The notes under the pieces are model-generated. The model was not told where the DNA came from and made no database searches. It was given only the letters and a program-made list of their open reading frames with translations. Source: Candidatus Bathyarchaeia archaeon (lineage in GTDB: Archaea; Thermoproteota; Bathyarchaeia; Bathyarchaeales; Bathycorpusculaceae). From it: a stretch of DNA of 64,000 nucleotides. The stretch covers positions 1-64,000 of the forward strand of contig JAVZLS010000002.1 of assembly GCA_038883715.1 (NCBI GenBank), in the 5' to 3' direction. Position 1 is the stretch's first letter. Every line of letters begins with the position of its first letter. Shown here in pieces: positions 49,786-58,907 of the stretch. The translations under genes were made by a program, and so were the position numbers.

Positions 49786-50940
49786 TTAGAACTTTCTTAG
49801 GAGATACTTGAGCACAGTCAGTTTCTGAATCTCGCTGGTGCCCTCGTAAATCTCGGTTATTTTTGCGTCTCTGTGGTATCTTTCAACACGGTATTCGCCC
49901 AGATAGCCATAACCGCCCAATGTTTGAATGGCGAAGTCTGTAGCTTCCATCGCTACACGGCTTGCGTACTGTTTTGCCATGGCTGTTGCCATCGGGTCCA
50001 TTTTTCCAACATCTATGAGCCAAGCAGCCTTGTAGGTTAGGAGTCTTGCAGCCTCTATTTTTGTGGCTAACTCCGCCAAGGTGCAGCCTATGGCTTCATG
50101 CTGGATTATGGGCTGTCCGAAGGCTTCCCTCTGCTTTGAATATTTGAAGGCTATTTCCCATGCGCCTTGGGCCATGCCTACGGCTTGGGCTGCCACACCA
50201 ACCCGTGTTTTGTCGAAGAACTCCATTGAGTGGTAGAAGCCTCTGTTAAGCTCGCCTACAATATGCCAGTCGGAAACCTTAACATTGTCAAAGCGCACTT
50301 CGCCAGTTTCAGAACACCTAATCCCCATCTTATTATGAAGCTTTGTTACCTCTAGTCCCGGTGTTCCCTTATCAACGACAAAAAGGGTTTCGCCTCTATA
50401 GGTTGGTCTAACCTTCGTATCTGTTTGTGTCAGCACTACTATGAAGTCAGCTATTGTGGCATTTGTTATGAAGGTTTTTGTGCCGTTAATCCACCATTCA
50501 TTCCCGTATTTTGTGGCTGTTGTCTCCATGCGGGTTATGTCGCTTCCGCTTACGTTCGGCTCTGTGAAAGCTGCCGCTGACGTAAAATCACCTCTGCAAA
50601 TCGGCGGCAGATATTTCTCCTTCTGCTCTTTCGTGCCATATGCCAATATTAATTCGCTGCCAAAGTTTCCGCTTGAAATAGCCACGCCTAGCGACGAGTC
50701 AGCTCTGCACATTTCCTCGATTACAAGACATGTTTCCAGAAGCCCGTATCCTTGTCCGCCATACTCTTGTGGGAAGAACATGCTTGTGAAACCCAGCTTT
50801 GCCGCTTTTTTGTAAAGCTCCATTGGAAACTCTTCTTTGCGGTCAAGCTCCAAGGCTAGTTCTGGCTTGAACTCCTTTTCGCAGAACCCCCTCACAGCAT
50901 TTTTTATTCCAATCTGCTCTTCTGTTAATTCAAACTTCAC
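49786..50940 (-). CDS. Acyl-CoA dehydrogenase
   Basis: FTEP..GSD, GTKTFITN, GGYGY, IYEGTSEIQ. Confidence 0.94.
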   Translation of the reverse strand: MKFELTEEQIGIKNAVRGFCEKEFKPELALELDRKEEFPMELYKKAAKLGFTSMFFPQEYGGQGYGLLETCLVIEEMCRADSSLGVAISSGNFGSELILAYGTKEQKEKYLPPICRGDFTSAAAFTEPNVSGSDITRMETTATKYGNEWWINGTKTFITNATIADFIVVLTQTDTKVRPTYRGETLFVVDKGTPGLEVTKLHNKMGIRCSETGEVRFDNVKVSDWHIVGELNRGFYHSMEFFDKTRVGVAAQAVGMAQGAWEIAFKYSKQREAFGQPIIQHEAIGCTLAELATKIEAARLLTYKAAWLIDVGKMDPMATAMAKQYASRVAMEATDFAIQTLGGYGYLGEYRVERYHRDAKITEIYEGTSEIQKLTVLKYLLRKF

Positions 50941-52125
50941 CTAGTAGAACCCCCTTCCAGTTTTCTTACCAAGCCAGCCCTTGCTAACATACTCTTCTAG
51001 CAGCGGGCATGGCTTATACATTTCCATGTTGTATTTGGCGTAAAGCTCCTTCAACTTGTTAACAATAACGTCTATACCAGTTCTATCCGCGTACTCGCAT
51101 GGACCGGACGGCCAATAGGTTCCAAGTTTCATTCCGGTGTCTATGTCTGCTGGGGTTGCCGCACCTTCATGCACTAGCCATGCAGCCTCGTTTACGGCTA
51201 CAGCCCAAGACCTTTCAACATCATACTCTTCCATCAAATTGAAGGGTATTCTTGGTCTCCCCTTAGTCCAGTCGTAGAAACCGACGCCTGTTTTTTGTCC
51301 AAGCTTTTTCTCTTTGACAAGGGGTTCTATGACCTCTGCGCATGGTTTGAAGCGCTCGCCATAAGCCTCGTAGAGGATTTTTCCAACTTCATAGGCTATG
51401 TCAAGCCCAACGAAGTCTGCCAGTTCAAACCATCCCATTGGGAAGCCGCCACTATATTTGACAGAGGCGTCTATGCCCTCCTTTGTTGCTTCGCCACGAT
51501 GGTAAGCCCAAAAAGCCTCGTTAAAAACTGCTCCGAGAACGCGGTTAACTATGAAGCCCCGCACATCCTTCTTGACAACCACAGGGGTTTTTCCAAGTTT
51601 TTTCGCTAGCTCCACAAGGGTGTCTATTGTTTCTTGGCTTGTTTTCTCGCCCTTAATAACCTCTACTAGAGCCATCATTTGCGGTGGGTTGAAGAAGTGC
51701 ATTCCAGCCACTTTTTCTGGGCGTTTTGTGGCGTTCCCCATCTCCGTTATGCTTAGGGTTGATGTGTTAGACGCTAGAATTGCGTGTGGTGGTGCAATGC
51801 TGTCAAGTTTTGCGAAAACCTGCTTTTTAAGCTCCATGTTTTCTGGGACTGCCTCGATGGCTATGTCTATGCTTTTTGCTGCCTCCTCATAACTTGTTGT
51901 TGTCTTTATTCTTGAAAGTGCCGCTTCTGCGTCCTCCTGCCTAATCCTTCTCTTTTCGACAAACTTGCCTAGGCTCCACTTAATTTTCTCTAAACCCTTT
52001 TGCAATAGTTCGTCGCTGATGTCTACCATTGCCACCTCGATGCCGCTCATAGCCAAAAGCTGTGTTATTCCATGCCCCATTGCTCCAGAACCAATTACAG
52101 CGGCTTTCTTCAATTTTTCAGCCAA
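50941..52125 (-). CDS. 3-hydroxyacyl-CoA dehydrogenase with duplicated C-terminal domain
   Basis: GSGAMGHG, SNTS, HFFNP, LGQKTGVGFY and LGKKTGRGFY; start trimmed to TTG 52125. Confidence 0.92.
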   Translation of the reverse strand: MAEKLKKAAVIGSGAMGHGITQLLAMSGIEVAMVDISDELLQKGLEKIKWSLGKFVEKRRIRQEDAEAALSRIKTTTSYEEAAKSIDIAIEAVPENMELKKQVFAKLDSIAPPHAILASNTSTLSITEMGNATKRPEKVAGMHFFNPPQMMALVEVIKGEKTSQETIDTLVELAKKLGKTPVVVKKDVRGFIVNRVLGAVFNEAFWAYHRGEATKEGIDASVKYSGGFPMGWFELADFVGLDIAYEVGKILYEAYGERFKPCAEVIEPLVKEKKLGQKTGVGFYDWTKGRPRIPFNLMEEYDVERSWAVAVNEAAWLVHEGAATPADIDTGMKLGTYWPSGPCEYADRTGIDVIVNKLKELYAKYNMEMYKPCPLLEEYVSKGWLGKKTGRGFY

Positions 52126-52235
52126 ACAAATCCTCTCCCAACATAGAGTAAAATGAATAGATGGCATACGTAATAAAACTTTTGAGAATATGCACAAACC
52201 GTCAAGGAAAAATAAAGGTGAAGGGTAGGAACGGG

Positions 52236-53384
52236 TTACTTCATTAAAAAGTTGACTATTGTGAGCTTTTGAATTTCGCTAGTGCCCTCGTAAATCTCAG
52301 TTATTTTTGCACATCTATGGAACCGCTCCACATGGTAATCTGCCAAATAGCCGTAGCCGCCAAATATTTGGATGGCGTCGTCTGTGACTTCCATTGCTAC
52401 GCGGCTTGCATAAGCCTTAGCCATAGAAGTTGCAGCCGGATTTGGCTTTTCATGGTTGTATATCCAAGCCGCCTTATACGTGAGTAGGCGGGCGGATTCA
52501 ATTTTCATGGCCATTTCAGCCAGCTTGAAAGAGACACCTTGGAAGTTGATTATGGACTGTCCGAACTGTTTGCGAGTTTTAGCATAGTTTAATGCTTTTT
52601 CAAAGGCTCCCTGGGCTATGCCCACGGCCTGGGCAGCCACAGTTATGCGGGTTCCATCGAAAAGTTCAAGCGCATAATAAAAGCCTCTGTTAAGCTCGCC
52701 CACAAGGTTGCTAGAAGGCACACGGAGGTCGCTTAAAGCCAGCGAACCGGTGACGCATGGTCTTATGCCCATCTTGCCATGAAGTTTTGTTGCCTCCAAA
52801 CCGGGCATGCCCTTCTCTACTAAGAAGAGGCTTTGCCCACGGTGGGGTGGGGTTGCGTTGGGATCTGTTTGGCACAGGATTATGAAGGTGTCGGCTATTG
52901 GAGCGTTTGTTATGAACTGTTTTGAGCCGTTAATAACCCATTCGTCGCCTACTCTAACAGCTGTTGTGTCCATTTTGGTTATGTCGCTTCCATGCTCCGG
53001 CTCCGTGAAGGCTGCAGCGGCAATTTTGTCACCTCTAGCCAGTGGTGGAATATACTTTTCCTTCTGCTCCTCTGTGCCGTGCTTGAGCAAGACGTCGGGG
53101 ACCATTAGGTTTCCGAGGGAGATAGCCACTCCCAATCCTGGATCAACGCGGCAGAACTCTTCAACGACTAGGCATTCTTCTAGGACGCCATATCCTTGCC
53201 CATCATATTCTTGAGGTATGCGCATGCTTGTAAAGCCTAGTTTGGCTGCTTTCCTGTAAAGCTCCATTGGAAACTCTTCTTTCTGGTCGTATTCTAGGGC
53301 TAGTTCTGGTGTAAACTCCTTTTCTGCAAATTCGCGGGCAGCCCGTTTAATCTCCATTTGTTCCTCGGTTAGTTTAAAGTCCAT
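52236..53384 (-). CDS. Acyl-CoA dehydrogenase
   Basis: FTEPEHGSD, GSKQFITN, IYEGTSEIQ; paralogue of 49786..50940. Confidence 0.94.
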   Translation of the reverse strand: MDFKLTEEQMEIKRAAREFAEKEFTPELALEYDQKEEFPMELYRKAAKLGFTSMRIPQEYDGQGYGVLEECLVVEEFCRVDPGLGVAISLGNLMVPDVLLKHGTEEQKEKYIPPLARGDKIAAAAFTEPEHGSDITKMDTTAVRVGDEWVINGSKQFITNAPIADTFIILCQTDPNATPPHRGQSLFLVEKGMPGLEATKLHGKMGIRPCVTGSLALSDLRVPSSNLVGELNRGFYYALELFDGTRITVAAQAVGIAQGAFEKALNYAKTRKQFGQSIINFQGVSFKLAEMAMKIESARLLTYKAAWIYNHEKPNPAATSMAKAYASRVAMEVTDDAIQIFGGYGYLADYHVERFHRCAKITEIYEGTSEIQKLTIVNFLMK

Positions 53385-53404
53385 AGGGGACTCCTCCATT
53401 CTAA

Positions 53405-54394
53405 CTACGCTTTTTGAGCCTTTAACTCGCTAATCTTGTTTTTCAGCACTGGCACGACCTTGAACAAGTCTTCAACAACGCCATAGTCTGAAAAGCTGAA
53501 TATTGGCGCCTTCGGGTCTTTGTTGACGGCTATTATCAAGTCAGAGTTTTTCATTCCTAAGACGTGTTGGAAGGCTCCGCTTATGCCTAGGGCTATGTAG
53601 AGCTTTGGCTTAACAGTTTTTCCAGAAGTCCCCACCTGCCGGTCGCTTGGAAGCCAGCCCTTATCCACAATTGGACGCGAGCATGCCAGCACTCCGCCCA
53701 GCATTTTTGCCAACTCTTCAACCATCGGTATGTTGCTCTGGTCTTTTATTCCCCTTCCAATGCCCACAAGCACCTCTGCAGCTGTTATGTCAACGCCTCC
53801 GGGTGGGGGCAAAACATATTCTAGGAACCTTTTTGTGGCTATTTCCTCTGTTAGGGGTGATGGAACCTCAACAATTTGCCCGTTCATGGGAGTGGGCGGC
53901 TTCTGAGCTTGGAAGGCTGCCTGGCGCACTGTAACCATGTAGCTTTCAGCCCTGCGGAGTACTGCCTTAACGTTTACTTTTCCGCCGTACATCTGTCTCG
54001 TAATTGTAAACGTGTCGCCTTCAAAAGCAAGGTCTATGCAATCTGTCGCCAATGGAATGTTTAAGGCTGCTGCCAGTCTTGGGGCAAGCTCAACGCCATA
54101 AGACGTGTGCCCAATGATTGTCAGTAGGGGCTTGTGCTCTTTAATTAGGTTGGAAAGAACCTTTTGATAGGCTTCAGAATTGAAGTTTTCAAGTTTTCCA
54201 TCCTCTACAAGCAGAACTTTTTTGGCGTGCTCAGCTAAGTTTTTGGCGTGCTCTTTGACGCCCTTGCCTAAAATGACAGCCACTGGTTCGGCGTTTGTTT
54301 TTTCGGCTAGTTCTCTTGCTTTTGTCAGCATTTCGAAGGTTATGTCTCTTAACTGGCCTTGCCTGTGCTCGGCTAAAACAAAGATTTCAGCCAT
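53405..54394 (-). CDS. etfA: Electron transfer flavoprotein alpha subunit
   Basis: QVGTSGKTV.P.LYIALGISGAFQH, NKDP.APIF. Confidence 0.95.
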   Translation of the reverse strand: MAEIFVLAEHRQGQLRDITFEMLTKARELAEKTNAEPVAVILGKGVKEHAKNLAEHAKKVLLVEDGKLENFNSEAYQKVLSNLIKEHKPLLTIIGHTSYGVELAPRLAAALNIPLATDCIDLAFEGDTFTITRQMYGGKVNVKAVLRRAESYMVTVRQAAFQAQKPPTPMNGQIVEVPSPLTEEIATKRFLEYVLPPPGGVDITAAEVLVGIGRGIKDQSNIPMVEELAKMLGGVLACSRPIVDKGWLPSDRQVGTSGKTVKPKLYIALGISGAFQHVLGMKNSDLIIAVNKDPKAPIFSFSDYGVVEDLFKVVPVLKNKISELKAQKA

Positions 54395-54396
54395 CC

Positions 54397-55191
54397 CTAA
54401 ATCAGCCCCCTAGACTTTAGGATTTCAATAATCCTCGTGGTTATCTCGTCTGGGTTTCCCTTGAGGAATTCCGCCTGCTTCTCCACTGGCGGGACATAAA
54501 GCTTCTCTATCTTAAGCCATGAGCCAGCCTCGCCCACATCGTTTTCGCTCAAGCCTATGTCCGCCAACCCCATAACTTTGACCTCTTTCTGCATAGCCTT
54601 ACGAATTCCCATAATGGAGACATAACGTGGCTCATTTATGCCCGTCTGAACAGCAAAAAGAGCTGGCAACCTAACTTCTAGGCGTTCTTCTAAGCCTCCC
54701 TCAAGCTCTCGGTTAACGATGGCTTTCCCATCGCTGAACTCAATCTTCTTAACCATAGTGGCGTGTGGAATGCCGAGCAGCTCGGCTAGGACTGGCCCGA
54801 CAACGGCACTTCCATCGTCGCCAGCCTGAGCCCCTGTGAGAATTAGGTTGAAGTGGAGGTTTTTGATTACGCTGTAAAGGATTTTCGCAGTGGCATAGGC
54901 ATCTGAGCCGGCAAATTTCGGGTCTGTTAGGCGTAGGGCCTTGTCGGCGCCGCGGGCAAGGCATTTTCGCAGCGTGCTTTCAGAGTCTTCTGGTCCAACG
55001 GTTATGGCGGTGACTGTTCCGCCGAACTTCTCTTTTATGCGCACAGCCTCTTCCAGCGCGTAGTCGTCCCACTCGTTAATATCGTAGACCAAACCAGCCT
55101 TTTCTATGCCTTTACCAGTCGCGTCAATTTTGAGTTCCGCTTCTGCTGTTTCTGGAACATGCTTAACACAAACAATAATGTCCAATCGCAT
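54397..55191 (-). CDS. etfB: Electron transfer flavoprotein beta subunit
   Basis: Start trimmed to MRLDIIVCVKHVP (ATG 55191); ALEEA, NEPRY. Confidence 0.94.
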   Translation of the reverse strand: MRLDIIVCVKHVPETAEAELKIDATGKGIEKAGLVYDINEWDDYALEEAVRIKEKFGGTVTAITVGPEDSESTLRKCLARGADKALRLTDPKFAGSDAYATAKILYSVIKNLHFNLILTGAQAGDDGSAVVGPVLAELLGIPHATMVKKIEFSDGKAIVNRELEGGLEERLEVRLPALFAVQTGINEPRYVSIMGIRKAMQKEVKVMGLADIGLSENDVGEAGSWLKIEKLYVPPVEKQAEFLKGNPDEITTRIIEILKSRGLI

Positions 55192-55337
55192 TTCTCTCCT
55201 AAACCAATTTTGAAATGTGTTGTACAAACCGTTACCATATATTTTTTGCCCGACTCCGCATACCAATTTAATGTTAAACTCTGCCTTATCCAGCAAAGTC
55301 TTTATCAAACGAAAACTGTAATGGAAACGGAGAAAAC

Positions 55338-56168
55338 ATGAAAAAAGAGATCGACTGGCTGCCAATACTAATCCAGTGCAAAGACAACGTGAAGAAGCGG
55401 ATAACCCCACTTTTAAAGACTGCACGTAAACAACAGCAACCAAACCTCGGCATCGGGGCTGGCGGCGACCCAATAAAACAGATCGACATGGAGGCGGAAA
55501 AAGCCATAGTGGAAACCATTGTTGGACAAGGCATATCATTCACTTTGATAAGCGAGGAGTCCGGCATAAGGAAATACGGAGAAAACCCAAATGTAAATTA
55601 TGTGACAGCAGACCCAATAGATGGAACAACAAACCTAACGAGGGGCATACCATTCTACGCAACATCCATAGCGGTGTCAAAAAAGCCAGAACTGAACGCT
55701 GTTCACACGGCATTGGTGGCGGACCTCTTCCACGGCACAACATACACCGCCAAGAAAGATGAAGGAGCATATCGTGACAATGAGAAGATAGTTCCATCAA
55801 AACAGACAAGCTTGGAAGACGCAGTAATGGGCATAGACCTAAACACTTACAAGGCACGTGAAATCGCCCCAAAACTAACAAGCCTAATTGAAAAGACGAA
55901 GCACATACGCCATCTAGGAGCCAACGCCCTAGAACTGTGCTACGTAGCTGACGGAACAACAGACGCCTTCATAGACATCCGCGGAAAACTTAGAACAACA
56001 GACACGGCGGCTGCATGGCTAATAATAAGGGAGGCTGGAGCACTAATCACAACGCCAGACGGGAAGCCTTTAAACGCCAAATTGGACCCAAGGGAAAGGC
56101 TGACCTTTGTGGCTTCCGCCAACCCACAAATCCACGGAAAAATTTTAAGTCTAATGAAAAAGGGTTGA
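55338..56168 (+). CDS. Inositol monophosphatase / FBPase family protein
   Basis: GAGGD, SEE, DPIDGTTN, D.AAA.LI..EAG. Confidence 0.9.
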   Translation: MKKEIDWLPILIQCKDNVKKRITPLLKTARKQQQPNLGIGAGGDPIKQIDMEAEKAIVETIVGQGISFTLISEESGIRKYGENPNVNYVTADPIDGTTNLTRGIPFYATSIAVSKKPELNAVHTALVADLFHGTTYTAKKDEGAYRDNEKIVPSKQTSLEDAVMGIDLNTYKAREIAPKLTSLIEKTKHIRHLGANALELCYVADGTTDAFIDIRGKLRTTDTAAAWLIIREAGALITTPDGKPLNAKLDPRERLTFVASANPQIHGKILSLMKKG

Positions 56169-56177
56169 AGCAGACCG

Positions 56178-57026
56178 ATGATAATGCCTTTAATGCCCCA
56201 CCCCGCTGCCCTCGTAAAGACTAAGGAAACAAGAGTGTTGGTTGTGGCGGATTTACACATAGGATGGGAAATAGCCCTATCAGAAAAGGGCATACATGTC
56301 CCCACACAAATGCCAAAACTCCTGCAAAATCTGAAGACTCTCATAAGCTTGTATAAGCCGGAAAAACTTCTAATAGTAGGCGATGTTAAACATACGGTGG
56401 CAACAGCAGAAATAAGCGAGTGGCACGACGTCCCAGACTTCTTCACAGAACTAAAACCGCTCGTCCAAGAAATAGAGGTAATCCGGGGAAACCACGATGG
56501 AAACCTCGACCCATTACTTCCGGAGGGCATAAAAACCCTTCCATCCTCTGGCACAGTCATAGGTGATGTGGGCTTTTTCCACGGTCATCGCTGGCCATCA
56601 CCAGCACTTTTAAAGTGCAAAACCCTTGTAATGGGACACGTGCACCCAGTTGTGGGGTTTCGTGACCCAGTTGGCTTTAGAATAACTAGGCAAGTTTGGG
56701 TTAAGGCAAACTGCAACAAAGAACAGTTAACAAGGATTTTGCTGGAAAAGAATAAAATAAAAATTGAGAACAACCCGCAAGAAACACTACTCAAACATTA
56801 CAGAGTTAAGCCCAGAACCTCCCAACTTTTCATAATGCCATCCTTCAACGAGTATTTAGGAGGAAAACCATTAAACGAGAAAAACTCTGGCGCAGAAGGG
56901 GAAAAGGGCGAAAAAATTGTTGGACCAATATTGAGAACGGATGCGGTTGACTTAGAAAATGCGGAAATCTACCTCTTGGACGGAACATTTCTTGGAGCTT
57001 TAAGCCAGCTTAAAGCATTAGCATAG
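56178..57026 (+). CDS. Calcineurin-like metallophosphoesterase
   Basis: ADLHIG, GDVKH, GNHD, HGH, GHVHP. Confidence 0.9.
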   Translation: MIMPLMPHPAALVKTKETRVLVVADLHIGWEIALSEKGIHVPTQMPKLLQNLKTLISLYKPEKLLIVGDVKHTVATAEISEWHDVPDFFTELKPLVQEIEVIRGNHDGNLDPLLPEGIKTLPSSGTVIGDVGFFHGHRWPSPALLKCKTLVMGHVHPVVGFRDPVGFRITRQVWVKANCNKEQLTRILLEKNKIKIENNPQETLLKHYRVKPRTSQLFIMPSFNEYLGGKPLNEKNSGAEGEKGEKIVGPILRTDAVDLENAEIYLLDGTFLGALSQLKALA

Positions 57027-57075
57027 CGTAAAGATTTTATAGATTGAGGTTTTCAACACTAAACTGGGTGGAAGA

Positions 57076-57672
57076 ATGCCTTCTGAAGAAGATTTTCCAG
57101 AATGGTTTAGGAGGAGACGCTTCCCATTCTTCGGAAGCTGGTTCTTTGAGGACGTAGACAGAATGTTCAGAGAAATGGAAAGATGGATGGAAGAAGAATT
57201 CAAAGAGTTCACCTCCAGAATTCCGAGAGACTATGTTAGGGAGCGCAAACTACCAGACGGCTCAACAATAAGGGAGTGGGGACCCTTCGTTTATGGCTAT
57301 AGCATAAAAATAGGACCGGACGGCAAACCAGAAATCAGAGAGTTTGGAAATGTCAAGCCAACTCGCCTTGGACCAAAAGTTAAGGAGGAACGCGAACCAC
57401 TAGTGGACATAGTTGAGACAGACAACGAAATCCACGTTGTGGCTGAACTACCCGGCGTTGAAAAAGAGGACATCAAGCTTCACGGCACAGAAGACACATT
57501 AACAATAAGCGTAGACACGCCCCAACGCAAATACTATAAGGAGTTGACTCTTCCAGCAAAGGTCAATGTGAAAGAGGTGAAAACCCAGTATAAGAACGGA
57601 GTTTTAGAGGTCAAGCTTCCAAAGATAAAGGAAGAGAAGAAGCCGAAAGGTGAGCCGATAAAAATCGAATAG
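57076..57672 (+). CDS. Small heat-shock protein Hsp20
   Basis: GPFVYGYS, REPLVD, YKNGVLEV, terminal IKIE (IxI). Confidence 0.93.
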   Translation: MPSEEDFPEWFRRRRFPFFGSWFFEDVDRMFREMERWMEEEFKEFTSRIPRDYVRERKLPDGSTIREWGPFVYGYSIKIGPDGKPEIREFGNVKPTRLGPKVKEEREPLVDIVETDNEIHVVAELPGVEKEDIKLHGTEDTLTISVDTPQRKYYKELTLPAKVNVKEVKTQYKNGVLEVKLPKIKEEKKPKGEPIKIE

Positions 57673-57705
57673 AAAAGCAAGCAACATGTCAAAGCTTGTG
57701 CTTTC

Positions 57706-58116
57706 ATGAGCGAAGACTCCGAAAGTGACATCCTTGATGCCATATGCAAAGAAGTTAAGGCAGAAGGCAAGCTAACAGGGAAAAATCTCACAAGGCTCTA
57801 TGAGGCATTTGGGCAACGCTTCACAAAGGCATTCGAAGCCCTAAAAGAGAACAGAGTGAAAAAGTACACCTTCAAGCCCAGCGGAAAAGTTGTCTGGGTT
57901 GTCGTTGGCAAAGAACGCGACTACTTGATAATGCCAGACGCTGAGTTCTGCACATGCGACGACTTCTACTTCCGAGTTCTAGACAGAAAAATCCACCTAT
58001 GCTATCATTTGATAGCCCAGAAAATAGCTAACATCCTCGAATGGTACGAGAAAATAGAGGAACACGACGAATTATACGAGCCTTTAATGAGGGAGTGGAA
58101 GAAACCAACTCCTTAA
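57706..58116 (+). CDS. SWIM zinc-finger protein
   Basis: CTCDDF...CYH. Confidence 0.8.
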   Translation: MSEDSESDILDAICKEVKAEGKLTGKNLTRLYEAFGQRFTKAFEALKENRVKKYTFKPSGKVVWVVVGKERDYLIMPDAEFCTCDDFYFRVLDRKIHLCYHLIAQKIANILEWYEKIEEHDELYEPLMREWKKPTP

Positions 58117-58159
58117 ATACCACAATTTAGAATTAAGAAAGTACATAAAAGGGATTTAC

Positions 58160-58276
58160 ATGGATATTGGAGCATACTTTGAAACCCTCAAATATGTTCT
58201 GATGACAACAACATTCGTTGTCCTAGTCCTAATATTCCTACACATATTCTACGGAAGAGAAGAAAAGAAAAGCTGA
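58160..58276 (+). CDS. Putative 38-aa single-TM peptide
   Basis: MDIGAYFETLKYVLMTTTFVVLVLIFLHIFYGREEKKS fills the intergenic gap. Confidence 0.4.
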   Translation: MDIGAYFETLKYVLMTTTFVVLVLIFLHIFYGREEKKS

Positions 58277-58290
58277 ACAAAAAGTCTATC

Positions 58291-58584
58291 TCAACTTCTC
58301 CTTCGCCAAAACACAAGGAACAGCACAACGCTTAAAATTCCAAGAATTATGGCAAACAAAACGAGCCATATAGCTGCTGGACCAGCACCAAAAACTATGG
58401 GGATAGGTCCTACAATTATGAATCCGCCAAAACTGCTTGTGCCTTCACCAAAAAGCAGTGCGGCAACTACCGTTATTATAATGCCTACCAATATTATGAA
58501 AAAGCCTATAAAGAATAGTATTATAAAGCGTTTAACCCATCTGTTTTCTGCGTTTTCTTCGCTTTCATCTTCTTTTGATGCCAT
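58291..58584 (-). CDS. DUF131 membrane protein
   Basis: GGFIIVGPIPIVFG. Confidence 0.82.
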   Translation of the reverse strand: MASKEDESEENAENRWVKRFIILFFIGFFIILVGIIITVVAALLFGEGTSSFGGFIIVGPIPIVFGAGPAAIWLVLFAIILGILSVVLFLVFWRRRS

Positions 58585-58590
58585 CCAATT

Positions 58591-58863
58591 TCACCTACCC
58601 AAAAAATAAAGCACTATAAAAACTATGAAGAGAAGCACTGTGAGGGCTATCGAAAGCCACAAAACAGTCCTGACAGACTCCTTATCGCTGCCGAAGACTA
58701 TTGGAAGAGGGCCGATAATTAATGCTCCACCACCCCGCGCTCTCCCACTCTTTATGCTTGAAAGGAAAAGTAGAACAAAAGCCGCGAGGACAACTATAAC
58801 GCCTATGAAAATTATGATGATGCCCAACTCGTAAAGCAAACCAGCATCCAGCGTCAAAGCCAT
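58591..58863 (-). CDS. DUF131 membrane protein
   Basis: GGGALIIGPLPIVFGSD. Confidence 0.85.
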   Translation of the reverse strand: MALTLDAGLLYELGIIIIFIGVIVVLAAFVLLFLSSIKSGRARGGGALIIGPLPIVFGSDKESVRTVLWLSIALTVLLFIVFIVLYFLGR

Positions 58864-58907
58864 CCTTTATCTAATCCAGCTTTAACATCGCAGACTTTTA
58901 AGCATTT

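Noticed and set aside
55192-55539. N-terminal extension of etfB in the ORF track
   Set aside because: Overlaps the divergent IMPase gene; ETF-beta similarity and an RBS begin at ATG 55191.
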